NCBI GenBank assembly: GCA_037379345.1
Contig: CM074518.1
Span: 38,219,586-38,283,585, forward strand
Length of the DNA stretch: 64,000 nt
Direction of reading: 5' to 3'
Source of the DNA: Perna viridis
Lineage: Eukaryota
The translations under genes and the position numbers were made by a program. Below, in pieces: positions 12,726 to 26,225 of the stretch. Below the pieces are notes generated by a model, which did not search any database, was not told where the DNA came from, and was given only the letters and a program-made list of their open reading frames with translations. How positions within the stretch are numbered: position 1 is the first letter of the stretch; each line of letters begins with the position of its first letter.

Positions 12726-13009
12726 GTAACATGGATGGAAAGCCGTCACAACTACATCAATTAACTTACAGTTCAGCCAAAACTGGTATACCGGGTCATA
12801 ACGTTGTACCGACTGATGGACGGAAACAAAAACTATGTAGATATTGTCGCGCTTATGAGAAAAAGTCACCTTCCGGTTGGAAAATCTTGACGCGCTCTAA
12901 ATGTGAAACTTGTAATGTTCCGTTGTGTCAGGATGTTCGAACTGAGAGAAATTGCTTTAGATTGTTTCATGAGGAATATGTGTTTGGAAAACAATTCAAG
13001 TTTATGTAG
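12726..13009 (+). CDS. Cassette 14: CRD terminal exon
   Basis: Acceptor tatttcttcttgcAG at 12724-12725, phase 1. CRYC-x18-CETCNVPLCQDVRTERNCFRLFH. Confidence 0.85.
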
Positions 13010-14144
13010 ATTTCTTATTGGCATTTGATTTAATTGTAACTTAAAATGATAACTAGGTCTTCGGTCATTTTCCTGCTTTTTGATGATTAACATATAAACC
13101 ATTCTCCCGATTGGTTATGAAATATTTGTATCATGCAAACGTTCGGACATTAAATTCATAGCGTACAATACATTTTGCTTTTTATGGAAGAAATGAGTCG
13201 TTTGTGAAGGCAGAAATATGTAAAGGATCTTGACACGTATGCGGTGACTTTAGATATTATCTGCAGGGACAGAAGTACGAATTTTGCTCAACTGGCCACG
13301 TTTTGCCGAAAGTGAACTAGTCGGAAGGAAAAACACAAACTAAAATTATAGTTGGTCCAGCGGTCAAGCTCTGTTTGACTTCGACTTGCCTATGTTGAAG
13401 TCGACCGGAACTACTAAGGTGATATTTTTTAAAGGCTACCCATTATATTTTGGATAACTTCGGTGATTCTATTCCTTCTCAGTAGTTTAATCTGAAATAT
13501 TTTTAATGTGAAGGTGATTTCAGGGGCTGTTTTTTTTTCTTCGGCAAGGGCGTTATTCTTGTATACCTTTTAAAGTATTAAAAAAAGACCTTTGTATTAA
13601 TCTTTTCGTTGAAATATTACGTGAATATTATGACTCTCAATGTAGTTATGAAATGCTGATATTTTTGCTCTGATTTCTTTTTTCTAGTGCTTTCCTTATA
13701 TCTGGAATACGAAAAGATGTTTCAACCCTAATTTCCTATTTCGGTATTTTGATCATCGTGTAAGATACACGATGTAGCTGTAACGCATGATTGGGTCAAT
13801 TTTCTTATATAGTTTTCTTTTATGTCTTGTGTACGTTTGACACAACTTTTGCTTTTACGTTTGGATACATTCTTATTGGCTTTTGTGGATTGTGTTTGTA
13901 TGAGCCAGTTTAGATGCAGTTCGTCAAAAATTCTTGTTGTGAACCCATATGACAACTATGAGTTTCTGCCATTCAAGATGCTTTGGTTAACTTAGCTTAA
14001 GATATTGAAGGACCAAATATATATCTGGAGTAAATGATGTTCCTTATACTATATTGTGATGTAACTGTATATAGTAACAAAACTTGGTCTGTAGAACCTG
14101 AACTTAGAAAATCTCTCTTCATCAACTGATTCTTTTATTTTCAG

Positions 14145-14431
14145 GTAGTGGTACCAGTTCAAATGTACAGGTCATTCCTCAGAAAAATCCTCCTCCGTTG
14201 TTACGAGTAACATCTAGTCTTGAAGGTCATGAGTTAGTCCCGAATGATGGTTTCAAACAAAAAATATGTCACTTTTGTAGGATGACTGGACAGAAAACTG
14301 TTTCTGGCTGGACAGTTTTGACTGGAACTAAGTGTTCATTGTGTAATGTTCCACTTTGTAGGGGTACAACCCGGCCTCACAGAGAGTGCTTCAGATTATT
14401 TCATGAAAGGCTTCTATCCCAGAATCAGTGA
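14145..14431 (+). CDS. Cassette 15: CRD terminal exon
   Basis: Acceptor ttcttttattttcAG at 14143-14144, phase 1. CHFC-x18-CSLCNVPLCRGTTRPHRECFRLFH. Confidence 0.85.
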
Positions 14432-14745
14432 TTGGTGTACTAAGACTAGTTATTCAAGACATATTGCAGATCTTTATAGTCAGAATGGATGTAGTTGATA
14501 GAAAACAAACTGCATGAATGTAATGTATTTACGTGAATTGGCTAGTAATAGAACTTTCAAGCGACTTCGAACATAATGTTTCAGCATTATAGATAAAGCT
14601 TTATTTGTGTGAATGAAGTTAGTGGAAATACACATATAGTTAATATCCAGAAAATTATTTGGATATTGTGGTATCGTCAATAGTTATGTTATCGTTAGTG
14701 AAAAAAAAACAAACATATATTACTCCTTCATTGTTCTCCTTTCAG

Positions 14746-15032
14746 TTGAATATTTGTTGACAGAAAAGAAAGCGAGTTATCCTCTTCCGGGTCAAAGGTT
14801 ACAGTCGCTATTAGAACTAACTCCGAAGGGACACCATTTGGTTACTACGGAAGGGTATAAACAAAAGGCATGTCGGTACTGTTCTTTAATAGGAAGGAAA
14901 ACCTCTACAGGGAACACTATTTGGACTCGTGTCAAATGTTCCGTCTGTGATGTACCGTTATGCCAGGAGACAACTAGAACACAAAGACAATGTTTCAAGT
15001 TGTATCACGAAAAAATTAGTTACTCGGATTAG
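14746..15032 (+). CDS. Cassette 16: CRD terminal exon
   Basis: Acceptor ttgttctcctttcAG at 14744-14745, phase 1. CRYC-x18-CSVCDVPLCQETTRTQRQCFKLYH. Confidence 0.85.
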
Positions 15033-15223
15033 ATCAGTAGGCGTCGAATTATTCTACAGTTGTGCCTTGTTCTTATGTCGGACCATACAAATTGTGTAAA
15101 AAGCAAAATGCCATTTTACTACAATAATTTTTTGACATAATTTTTCAGCTATAAATTCATTTTGTATCAGCATTAAGCAGAAATATATTCTTATAAATCA
15201 GATATGTTTTTTTTTTATTATTA

Positions 15224-15295
15224 TTTAAAGAGGTACACCTATGGTAAGGGACATAACTCTTGAAATCAGTGATATGTTTGTATCATATTTGATTA
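15224..15295 (-). mobile_element. Terminal fragment of MITE family B
   Basis: aagaggtacacctatggtaagggacataactcttgaaatcagtgatatgtttgtat matches the reverse complement of the right end of 39494-39710 and 43465-43684. Confidence 0.6.
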
Positions 15296-15808
15296 ATATA
15301 TATAATGCATTTCCTGTTCAGGCGCAATACTCCCTTTTGGTATTTAGCTGAGTCATTCAAATGTGTGTGTATACGTTCTCGTTGAATTTCAATGCTGTTT
15401 TCTTTTCAATACCTGCTTAACTGCTTAACAGATTTGTGTGGTTCTCATTTCTCTACATTATCTCTCTTATATGCGATTTTTCTATTTTTTTTTTTGATAG
15501 AAAAGGTGTCCACCAGGTTTAAATCGAATCTGAGTAAATAATTGCGTGAATTATTCATCTTGCAATGACTCGGGAATCCGTTTTTTGATTAGTTTTCCTA
15601 TTGTAATAATCTTAGAGAAAGCGGGAAGTTTAGCGCTATAAATATCCGTTTTAAACAACCATTTCCATCGGTAAATGCATGTTCCAAGTCAGGACCATTG
15701 CGCGTTATTTTTTTTAACTTTCCAGTTCTTGCCATTTGTTTTATGGACTTTGCTTCTTCTTTTGACCATTTTCTAGAGTGTGCCTATCAGATCGGTACTT
15801 TTGCTATC

Positions 15809-16212
15809 ATCCCTGATCATTGGAGGTAATATTCCTATTGTTTATACTATCCTTGATCATTTGGTAATATATCTATAGTTTATACTAGCTTTTATCATTG
15901 GAGGTAATATTTCTAGAGTTTATACTATCCTTGATCATGGAAGGTAATATTTCTATAGTTTATACTATCCTTGATCATGGGAGGTAATATTTCTAGAGTT
16001 GATACTATCCTTGATCATTGGAGGTAATATTTCTAGAGTTTATACTATCCTTGATCATGGAAGGTAATATTTCTATAGTTTATACTATCCTTGATCATTG
16101 GAGGTAATATTTCTAGAGTTTATACTATCCTTGATCATGGGAGGTAATATTTCTTTTGTTTATATTTTCTTTGTTCATGGGAGGTAATATTTCTATTGTT
16201 TATACTTTGCAG
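15809..16212 (+). repeat. 40-bp minisatellite, about 10 copies, running into the cassette 17 acceptor
   Basis: Unit ggaggtaatatttctagagtttatactatccttgatcat(t/g). The last unit ends tatactttgcAG. Confidence 0.95.
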
Positions 16213-16412
16213 AAGCGGATGTTTTAATGCATAGGTTGGTGCCGAATGAGGGACACAAGCAACGGAAATGTAAACAATGTAAAAGAAATCGGGTCCGGAC
16301 CAAAAAAGGATGCCGTGTTAATACAAGATTCCACTGTGACTTGTGTAACGTGCCACTATGTCGGGAGCGTAACTGTTTCCAGCAATTTCATCAACAATAT
16401 CACTTTCAGTGA
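16213..16412 (+). CDS. Cassette 17: CRD terminal exon (shortest)
   Basis: Acceptor tttatactttgcAG at 16211-16212, phase 1. HRLVPNEGHKQRKCKQC-x18-CDLCNVPLCRERNCFQQFH. Confidence 0.85.
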
Positions 16413-16777
16413 AAGGTCAAGGAGATAGACCTGTTATATAAGACTCCAAAATACGAACGTAACTGGAATGTAAAGCAAGAATAATGATAATTGGCGTTGC
16501 TTGGAAGTTTGTCTGTATTTGGGGTTGTACATTTTTTAATAAGACGGGGATGATATTGTTACGAGGATATGGACCCATTGAATATTAATCGTTGTGGAGT
16601 TAGATATTTAAAGTTTATAAGGGCCTGATGGATTAACTTCGGTTTCACTAAGAAATAAGTAAAATAATTGACCAATAGAGCAATCATGTGACAAACGAAT
16701 AGATGGTGGCAATATGTTTTTCGTATACAAAATGTGTTTTTCTCTTGATTAACGTAATTTCTGTTGACGTTTTGTAG

Positions 16778-17037
16778 GCTACACAGTGTCAGAGACTTCA
16801 TTTTGGTACTCTTTTGACTCCATGAATTCTGGTATTCCTGGACATAAAATTATTCCAAACGAGGGTCATAAACAAAAGAAGTGTAAACAATGTCAGAGAA
16901 GTAAGAGGAAAACTAAATCTGGTTGGCAAGTAGCGTCAAGGTTCCGTTGTGAGAGTTGTAATGTTTCTTTGTGCCGTGATAATTCTTCTAAGAGGGGCTG
17001 TTTTAGACAATATCATGAGGAACTTGGCTTGATATGA
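16778..17037 (+). CDS. Cassette 18: CRD terminal exon
   Basis: Acceptor ttgacgttttgtAG at 16776-16777, phase 1 (a second in-phase cAG lies at 16785-16786). CKQC-x18-CESCNVSLCRDNSSKRGCFRQYH. Confidence 0.8.
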
Positions 17038-18876
17038 CCACAGGTATTAAACTGCCACCGAGTTCAGTGAAAATGTGAAGGCAGTATTGTTTGCCATTGG
17101 CATTTCCAACGAAATGAAAATTTGACCACAATATAAAAGTAGAATGTTGAATTTTGATTAGCGTTATTTTAAAATCTTTCGGTTTCATTCTGTGTAATGG
17201 CATGCAGGTAATGGACATATGATCTACCTGAGAGCAAAAATACATGTGGTTCAGGTATACTGTAGATATTTATGAAAGTATATGGTACCTATTATCTCAG
17301 TTCCCTCTTAAGAAGCACACAATATTATGTATTGTTTTTTCTAGATTTTGTCTAGTAGGCTTTACATTTTTTTTTAATTTGGCGGCGAGCAACAATAATT
17401 GGAAAAATATTTTAACCTTACTGACGATATGCTGGACAAATTAACATAAAAGGATACTTGTTTTCAATACTCGGCATATTACAACAAAGGCATAATCTAT
17501 CTTGTTGGTTCTGGTTAATATATCTACCAGTTTCAATGTTATACTTTAGCATTCCAAATCGGTTAATAATTTAACTTCATAAAATGCTGTAAATAATGAA
17601 TAATCCTCCATGAAAAATGCTGATTTTATAATCCAATATAGACACAGTTTCTCAGAGTTTTGTATTGTTGAATGCTAGTGTTGAGAAAACTAATCAATTA
17701 AACTTCTACTTAGAGTTACATTACTATCATCTTGATTTTACCATAAATTGTTAATCCCAAGTTTAAATATCAAGCTTATAACATTAAGACCCCAATTCGT
17801 TTTACCATGATTACAGTCAGAAACCAAAAGTTTGTATACACCATAAACAATTTCAGGTTTATTTATAGCAATCTTTACCCGGTATTTCAATATTATATGC
17901 TTCCGCAAAATATACATTGGAAGATAATCAAGATCACCTTATAAACAAGATGTTGTTGTAGATCTTTGGGACCTTCAAAACAAATCTACGAAATTAATTA
18001 TGTATTTGTTCGACTTCAATCACAATATATATGCTGGAATATCGAGGAATGACTTATCTGTTAAATTTATTTCTATTCATAGACATTACAGTCTATTTTG
18101 TGTTGGAATAAATGGCTTTTTTAAGTTGGCTCATTGTAAGATTTTGGGTTATGCCCGACCAGTTGTTACTAAAATACATTGAATCTGTGTTGCTCGAATT
18201 ATATAATAAAATGAAACTCTAGAAAGGAGGATCTCGTGTAACTTCTTGGAGTTTTTTTTTTCCATGGCCACGAACTGGAATTCTTAGTTACATATGTAAC
18301 GATGCCCTGTATCCGTCTTTTGCCGAACTGAGTACAATGGGTTACTTCTTTTGGTAAATAAAACAATTTAGAATCTCTGTTACCGATGTGTTCCGAATGA
18401 ATATATTATCAAAATATAAATCCACTATGACCATTGTCCATACAAACCTCAACCGTCTTTCTCGGTTTACACGTATCATCTTTGAAATTCAAGGGGGTGT
18501 CCATGATGACCTAGGCACGATTTAATCGATTTGTTCGGGAACTTCGAAAAAATAATCGGAATCATCTACTTTTGATATTTGCTCTGATGCTCCAATTACT
18601 GTTAATATTGAATTGGAACAAAGGACAAAATAAAAGAAAAAAATAATGGTGGATATATTATCGTTATATCTGTCTAGTTTCTTTATAGAGAGTCTCTTAA
18701 ATACGTTTACAATAGAAATGATAACGGACATGCTGAAACGTAACAAATGCACCACTGTAGATAACCTAAATACAAAATAATAATTTCAAGCATTCGATAC
18801 ATACATCGTTTCAATAGACTATCGGCTATAAAATTTAAAAAAAAAGTTTAAAAAGTTACTAGTCATACTTCCAACA

Positions 18877-19155
18877 GAGGACGCTTACCCTACCGGTGCA
18901 CCTGGTCCATGCTCCCAGTTTTTAGTGGAGTCCGAGTTGCTCATTTACTTTTGTTACTTTGTATGTATGATTTTAGTTACTTTGTGTTCTTTGTTGTGTA
19001 TGTCTGTTTTCCATGTGTGGTCTTTGTCCCTGGATTACATTTTTTTTATTACCGCTATAACCTTGGTTCCTTTGATTACTCTGCCATGTCAGGTCTTTGG
19101 CCTTGGATTACATTCTTTTGATTACCGCTATAACCTTGGTTCCCTTGATTACTCT
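18877..19155 (+). mobile_element. Dispersed SINE-like repeat (family C) with duplicated 3' segment
   Basis: Matches reverse-strand copies at 49196-49405 and 43791-43941. The 3' ~70 bp occurs twice in tandem; tccaaca flanks both sides (possible TSD). Confidence 0.7.
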
Positions 19156-20705
19156 CCAACAAAATTTAGGTGCATAATTACTTTCGTTAAGTTTTGATTT
19201 TTACACAGTCCCTTTTTATGTCTCATACAATGTTGTACAGAGTGATGCACATTTAATTGATAATATGTAATCTGGAATTTTAGGACACATGAAATGTAAT
19301 GGTAATTCAATGTTTTGAGTTAAACGGTAATGTAGGTGGTAGTTGAGGTTAAAAGCTATCTAGATTTCTATCTTTTTTGTTCCGCTAAAGATTTGACTGC
19401 CAATATGGAAAAAAATCCATGTAGGTGTAAGACTCGACTTATCAGTTGTCAACAAAATGTGGTTACCTCACATAATTCTAGCTCTGGCATCTTGTTCTTG
19501 TATAACTTTCATACCCCACTCAACGAATGGGTTGTATATTGGAATCACCCTTGTCCATCCATTCGTCCGAATTTTGTCGCAATTATCTCAAATCCCTATG
19601 GATGGACTGATTTCATATTTGGTGTGTAGTTTTATTTTGTAGGCGATTTTGGGCGCTGTCCGATATCAACTTCCTGTTTCGAGGGACTTTGCCATTTTTT
19701 CACTATATGGAATGACAGAGAAAATTTTCGTCGTAAAAATCCCGCCCCTTATAGAAGGATTGATTTCAACATTGATATGTTGTTAAATATTTAGATGGGG
19801 AATAATTTGTAGGCAATTGCGCTGTCTGATTTCAACTTCCTGCACGAGAAGGGATATTACTAGCTTGACAATTTGAAATGCACAAACTTTGAAATGTACA
19901 AATGTGTACCGTCAAATATTTATCGCTTTCTTCTTGTATGGTATGTTACAACTTGTTTACCTACTGTAAGTGTTGTATTGCCTTCGAATTCAGCCTGAAT
20001 CGTATTTTTCAGTAATGATTTTTTTCCTATTTAAGTAGCATGTCTTATTCAAACTTCTTGTATCAACACTTTTTTTTCCTGATTTTTGTCTGAACATGCA
20101 AAAACGATGTTTTTTTTTCTAGACCTTACCCCCTAATTCCTGTTTATTTCTTCAAATATCCTACTTTTTTACCATGAGTAAAATCATGTCTGATTTTTTA
20201 ATTTTTTTTTATTTATTTTTATTCATTTCTCCCTCGAAGAACCAGCGGTCACTTAAAAAAATATCCAGTTACAATTTAAGTTCATGTTTTTTTTCTTTTA
20301 GAAAATTGATACCTGACGTATGTCATTTTACTGGGTTTGTAGAAAATGCTCTAACAAAGTGACCTGCAAGTATTTACTTACCAATCGTGTACAAAAAACT
20401 TTCGCACGGATAAAAATGATTTGGAATAAATGTGTCTTGACATTCTCATTGGCATTTATTCAGTTTTACACTTGTGTTTCTTTATGGCATGTTCGATGTC
20501 TGTCAAATTAACTGGTACAAGTTTAAATGGGAAAAGTTCAGTTAAACAAAACCAATAGACGATTGATGTGAAAATAGTTGTTTAATTTGAAAAAAAAATC
20601 AATGAGTCTTATGACATGACGGTCTAATTCAGTCACGAATAGATTTTTTTGTACGTAACGGTCCATAGTCAAATCATTCTTACTAAATAACCTGTTTCTT
20701 TGTAG

Positions 20706-20944
20706 AAGAAAAAAATGGAATGAGTTGCATGGTTAGCGGAAATGACGAGAAACATCATCATAGACTGGTTCCATTAGGGTTTGGAAAGCAGAGAACCTGC
20801 AAACAGTGTAGGATTTTAAAATCTAGAACCCGAACCGGACTCCGGATATTTACCAGATACAAATGTGAAGCATGTGATGTGGCTTTGTGCAATCCCTTTT
20901 CCTCTGACCGGAATTGTTTTTTCGCATACCATCAGCATTCGTAA
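20706..20944 (+). CDS. Cassette 19: CRD terminal exon
   Basis: Acceptor cctgtttctttgtAG at 20704-20705, phase 1 (TAGAAG tandem acceptor). CKQC-x18-CEACDVALCNPFSSDRNCFFAYH. AATAAA at 20943, 21240 and 21379. Confidence 0.85.
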
Positions 20945-22738
20945 TAAAAGGAATGATGCATATGAAGAACTATTGAAATGTATCGGATACAGATTATCAA
21001 GGTGACCTGGAAAACTTTTACTTGCGATTTATTTCATGATAAATTATTTTAAATGAACAGTTCATGAAGATCTTGATGATGAAATGGAGAAAAAGATAAA
21101 CGCACGTATTTGCTGCGATATTTGAGTAACTTTATGGAGTTCGAAATATAGCATATAGGAACCCGGACGAAACCGTCGTCATTGAGGATAAGTTTACTGT
21201 ACATGTGTTTGTGTTGAACTTGTGTTTACTGCTTAGTGCAATAAATACGAGATTGAACCGAGTGGCGAAGTAGTTGTTTTGCAAGATCGGTTTTGATCTC
21301 TTAATTCTTTTTTTTTCAAATTGATGTTGTGATGTGGATCATAATTACTTGTATCCTAATATTTGCCTTTTGCTGTGAAATAAAGTTTTGTAACGAAAAG
21401 CAAAATAGCCTCTCTTTGAATCACTAGAATTAAGACATACCGAATTAAGGCTTTGAAAATGTTATTGCTTAATTCGTCAAAATGAGACGACTGGTTGGTT
21501 CAAAGTTAGAATAATGTGTCCTGATTGATCATTGAGTAACATATATTTGCGGGATTGGCTTTAATGGACTTGAATGTTGAAAATGTCGCGTGTCTTAAGT
21601 TTGCAGTCCTCTCTAGATCAGTTGAGCGATTTATATTCTCTTTCTGGAGTACATACAAATTCGTTAATCAATCAATCAAGCAGCACTCTGTTTTTGAGAA
21701 GTACTGTTCCGTCACACTTATTTATCAATACTTTGTTGGTATCAGGATTGTCTGTCTGTCCATCTGTTGTAAATTGTTCCCATTTATACAGTTATTCAGA
21801 TTAGTATTTGTTTTTGCGTATTAAAATAATGTGAAAAAAATGGAATATCTGGGTTAGATTGAGGATGTTCGGATATTCATTTTGTACATATGAGTTTTGT
21901 AGTTGTTTTGAAAAAAGTCTTATTAACATGTAGAAAGATTTCAAAACCCTGAGGAATGAGGAAAAAACTTTGATAAGCGCTTTTGATATAAATGTTTGTT
22001 TGCCATTTTCTATAAATTTGTTTTATTTGTATTGATGTACAAGTATCTGAAATGCTTTGGTGAAGACTATGATGTTTCTGTTGCATTCTGTTGTTTTTTT
22101 TTCTCTGTCATTGATATATGGACGTCCTATTACTTTGGTTCTAGCTAGCTATGTAACGAATAGGGTATGTTAGTCTCGTCATGTGACCCCGTGATTTCAC
22201 GAGGACGGGTCCTAGTCTGCCATTCAAAAGCATGGAGGTCAGTCATTTAGAGAGCGTTGAGTTCAGTGTTAAGGGCAAAACATCTTTTTGTGTAAGAAAT
22301 GCCGATAAAAATGACAAATATCTATTTCTACATGATAAAGGTATTAAGAAAAAAAACATAAAATAGTAGATTTTGCATTGTTATACAGCGTTTCGAGTAC
22401 TCGGAAGTAAACAATTAAATGCAGATCGGTCTTCAGTTTTCAATACGTTCTACGTCGGAAATTCCGGTAAAGAAAATGAAACTAGAACGAGACTTACATA
22501 TACCCTATTTGAAAAATGCGATAATTCAATATGCAAACTATGGGAATCTTTCAGATACTGATTGTTCAAGGACCAAAAGTGAATAAAAAAAATAACTTCT
22601 TAATTTGACTCAGGTGTGGATCACGTTTGTTTGGCTCGCGGATTTATTTGGTACACCATGTTAGAGCACCACTTGTAACAGCCTTTCATGTACTTTCCTT
22701 TTGCCTGACCAAGTAATGAAACGCCTTCCTCATTGTAG

Positions 22739-23274
22739 GTGCTCGTCTTCCAGCGAGAGGTGCCAGATTGTCTAGACAAAGGTACCCGCCTAGAGATAAC
22801 CGTTTCTACTCCCACGCGCTCCAAGAACAGACAAGCCAAATAGGGCAGTATGGGCAAGGTTGTATGGAGGATAGTCGATGGATTAATAGAAAGCCTTCTG
22901 GTGTAGGTGGTACTCAAACATCTTACGACTCGAGTCGTTTGCAAGTTTACCAAAATAGCCAAAAGGTCGATGGTGGTATCTCCAGACCTTCCGAAAATAA
23001 ATCTTACATACATCCAGTCCAGTTGCAGGGTCTAGATAATTTGCCTGGTCATAAAATTGTCCCGGTGGAAAAGAAGACTGGGATGCGGTGCCTTTATTGT
23101 CAGATCCACAAAATAAAAACTCCTTCCGGTTGGAGGGTCAAAACCAACTATAAATGCGAAACGTGTGGTGTACCCCTCTGTTCCAAAGAAGTAACTGAAC
23201 GGAATTGCTTTAGATTACACCACATAGAGATGTTTGGCGATACCATTCTTGAATCAGAGGAAAATCCGTTTTAG
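22739..23274 (+). CDS. Cassette 20: CRD terminal exon with long N-terminal linker
   Basis: Acceptor ccttcctcattgtAG at 22737-22738, phase 1. About 100-aa Q/S/G-rich linker, then CLYC-x18-CETCGVPLCSKEVTERNCFRLHH. Confidence 0.8.
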
Positions 23275-24121
23275 ACTAATTATTATCACTATTTTTCTTT
23301 TTTTCAAATTCTAGACTGCTTTTGAATTTATAAGTATTGCTGGTATTTGTGGAATTTTGTGTTCTTATCGAAACTTGACATGTTGCTTGGTTATATTTTA
23401 TCTTGAGCTTGTTAAGTAATTAAGTCTTAAATATTCTCTCTTCTTTGTGTTGAATTATATATTGTAAAGAGAATATGAATCAAAGACATTCTGGGCAGTG
23501 GCGGATCGGTTATTTATTTTTTTTTTTTGGGGGGGGGGGGGCAGGGTGTTTGCACCCACCTTTTTATTGGTGGATAACATTGGACAAAAAAATGGCAAAT
23601 ATTGTTCAGAAACTTTGAAAAGGAGAATGCCAGCCGAAGTTCCTCAGAAAAAAGGGGTACTAGGACCCGACCCTGTGTGGCTTTAATTTCTTCTTCCTTA
23701 CGATGTTATGGAGGGATATGGTAACTTGACTGTCAGTCCATCCGTACAGTCCTGACCGGAATTTAACGATTCAATGTTTAGGGAGAAGCCGTTTGGCTAA
23801 ACGAATGAGCAAGTCATTTAAGACAATTTAAACGACGGTTGGTGTCAATAAAGTCGTAGAAAATATTTTTATTCAAATTTTAACAGTATGTTATTTATGT
23901 GACGCCGAGTATAGAGGGAAGTCTCTTATGTCTTGGTTGAATATTATTTCATGGACGGTGGCTGTCGGAATTTTGATGTTGTTGAAATTTTCTTGGAGCA
24001 GAAGAATTAGTTAATATACGTATTTTAAAACTGAACTATGGTAATTACTGAATATGAAACTTGAAGGATTCGATGAAAAAATGCCACCATTCAATACGAT
24101 TTTTTCATTTTGACCTTTCAG

Positions 24122-24507
24122 ATAGCAGCATTTCTAAGGAACCTTCACCGTTCTTGTTTGGAGACACAGACAAAAGGGAAGACGTCATACGAAATTTGCA
24201 CCGGAACGAAATCCCAGAAGACACTATTCACGGCGAGCAATCTCAACGAAAATCGTTACAAAATTTACCATTTTCCAATATGCCCGAGGGTCATTCCCTT
24301 GTTTTGGTAGGGATCAGTGAGAAAACTGGGTGTGTGAAACAAAAAGACTGTCGCTACTGTTCGAAGTACAGTGTAAAAACTAAAAGTGGATACACTGTCC
24401 GTACACAATATAAATGTTCCGGATGTGATGTTGCACTTTGTTCTGGTGAACTTACCGGTAGGAACTGTTTCGTTCTGTTTCATAACGAACTTTTCCTTGG
24501 CGTGTAG
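24122..24507 (+). CDS. Cassette 21: CRD terminal exon
   Basis: Acceptor ttttgacctttcAG at 24120-24121, phase 1. CRYC-x18-CSGCDVALCSGELTGRNCFVLFH. Confidence 0.85.
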
Positions 24508-24581
24508 TAATTGGATGATTCAAGCGTATCCTGGACTTAACTGACTTATTGTGGAACACTTACATGTAATTTCATTGTCAA

Positions 24582-24956
24582 TTAGACTAGCACTCCAGCT
24601 AAGAATCATGCAAAATGTGATTCATGGTTGGAAAGCCTATATATTTTTATTTTTGATATTTTATTTAAAATGTTATAGCTTTTCATGTTCTTGGGAGATA
24701 AAAGTTATATAAAGTATATCGCAAAATTCAAAATTAAGGGAGATAACTCTGTAAATGACACTAAAATACAATAGAAACTCTTGGATTTTTTCAATGTGGT
24801 TTATCTCATAAGGGAAGACAGATTGGAATTGATAATTATACATTTCATCATACAGACCTATAAACAACTTAATTACAAAAATAAAAATATGTAACTTTTT
24901 TTAGGTGTATCACATATTACAGAATATGCATGATTCTTACATAGACAGCTACTTAA
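24582..24956 (+). mobile_element. MITE family A, diverged copy
   Basis: Homologous to 25625-26029. Left end eroded, right end cagctacttaa, short internal deletion. Confidence 0.85.
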
Positions 24957-24978
24957 ATTTATTTATTTGACGTTACAG

Positions 24979-25331
24979 GACAATTGTACTACCCAACAGG
25001 AAATAGACCAAGATTCGTACAGAAGAAACACTTGCCATCAGATGATATTCTCGGACAAAGCTCGCTTCATTATTCGTACCCATTTACCAAGGAAAATCTG
25101 CCAGAGGGACACAATCTTGTCCCTATTCCAGACAACAGGAAGAAAGACTGCAAATTCTGTCGTCGTCATAATATTAAAACAAGGAGAGGATATTCCGTAC
25201 AAACTCAATACAAATGTGCTGTCTGTGATGTGGCGTTATGTTCAGGGGTGTACAATAATAGGAACTGTTTTGTAGACTTTCATAACGAAACCTACATGAT
25301 CCAAAGAAACATTTCACAAACAGACATGTGA
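24979..25331 (+). CDS. Cassette 22: CRD terminal exon
   Basis: Acceptor tatttgacgttacAG at 24977-24978, phase 1. CKFC-x18-CAVCDVALCSGVYNNRNCFVDFH. Confidence 0.85.
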
Positions 25332-25624
25332 TAGTTCTAAAAGTCTATTTGTAAATGAAATCATATTCTGTGCTTACTGCATTTGGAATTCGTGTTTCCA
25401 AGCCCACTCTTTTCTTAGTTATAGATTTTGTACCTTTTGGTGTCTTGTTTGACGGTGTTCTCTTGACTGTTACCCAAATGCTCTGTGTTTTGTGTTTTTT
25501 TGCTTGCATTTTTTTGGGAAATGATTAAATCCACTAACAGTCAGTTAATCCAGTGAAATCCGAATTAACATAGTTTATATATTAGTATCGACTTGAATTG
25601 TCTTAATATTTTTTGTTTGAATGT

Positions 25625-26029
25625 TTAAGTAGCATTCCAGCTAAGGATCATGCAGAATGTGATTCATGGGTAAAAAGCCTACATATTTTTATTTTTTTAT
25701 ATTTTGTTTGAAATGTCATAGTAAACAGAAATTAACATGTGGTTTTTCATATAACCTGTGCTCTTACGAGATAAAAATTGTATAGAATGCTCTGTAGATT
25801 TCAAAATTAAGGGAGATAACTCTGTAAATGACGCTTAAATACAATAGAATCTACTGGATTTTCAATGTTGATTATCTCCTAAGAGCAGGCAGATTTGAAT
25901 GAATAATTACACATTTCATAGTATAGACCCATCAAACAACCTAATTACAAAAATAAAAATATGTAGCCTTTTTTGGGGTGTATCACATTTTTCAGATTTT
26001 GCATGATTCTTACAAAGCCAGCTACTTAA
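25625..26029 (+). mobile_element. MITE family A (about 405 bp, TTAA-flanked, imperfect ~40-bp TIRs)
   Basis: TTAAgtagc...gctacTTAA, with subterminal aag(g/a)atcatgca / tgcatgattctt. Five copies in the window. Confidence 0.9.
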
Positions 26030-26135
26030 AATCTGACTTGGGGCCAGAATCCATTGTCTGGTGCTTGTTTGGTTGCTCAAAATATTTGCAAAACATTTTA
26101 GCATATAATTGAAAGATGCACTATTTTACTTGCTG

Positions 26136-26137
<2 letters not shown>

Positions 26138-26169
<32 letters not shown>

Positions 26170-26225
26170 GTTATGTATAATATATAAATGAAATGTTTTG
26201 CAAATATATATATATATATATATTT
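26138..26225. repeat. (TA)n microsatellites
   Basis: Two TA runs. Confidence 0.9.

Noticed and set aside
15809-16212. CRISPR-like array (also considered for 41128-42625 and 36034-36207)
   Set aside because: Head-to-tail repeats without unique spacers, no cas genes, eukaryotic context.
18909-19197. Hydrophobic ORFs (also 43706-44007, 49193-49414, 58733-58930, 62348-62632)
   Set aside because: Translations of dispersed repeats.
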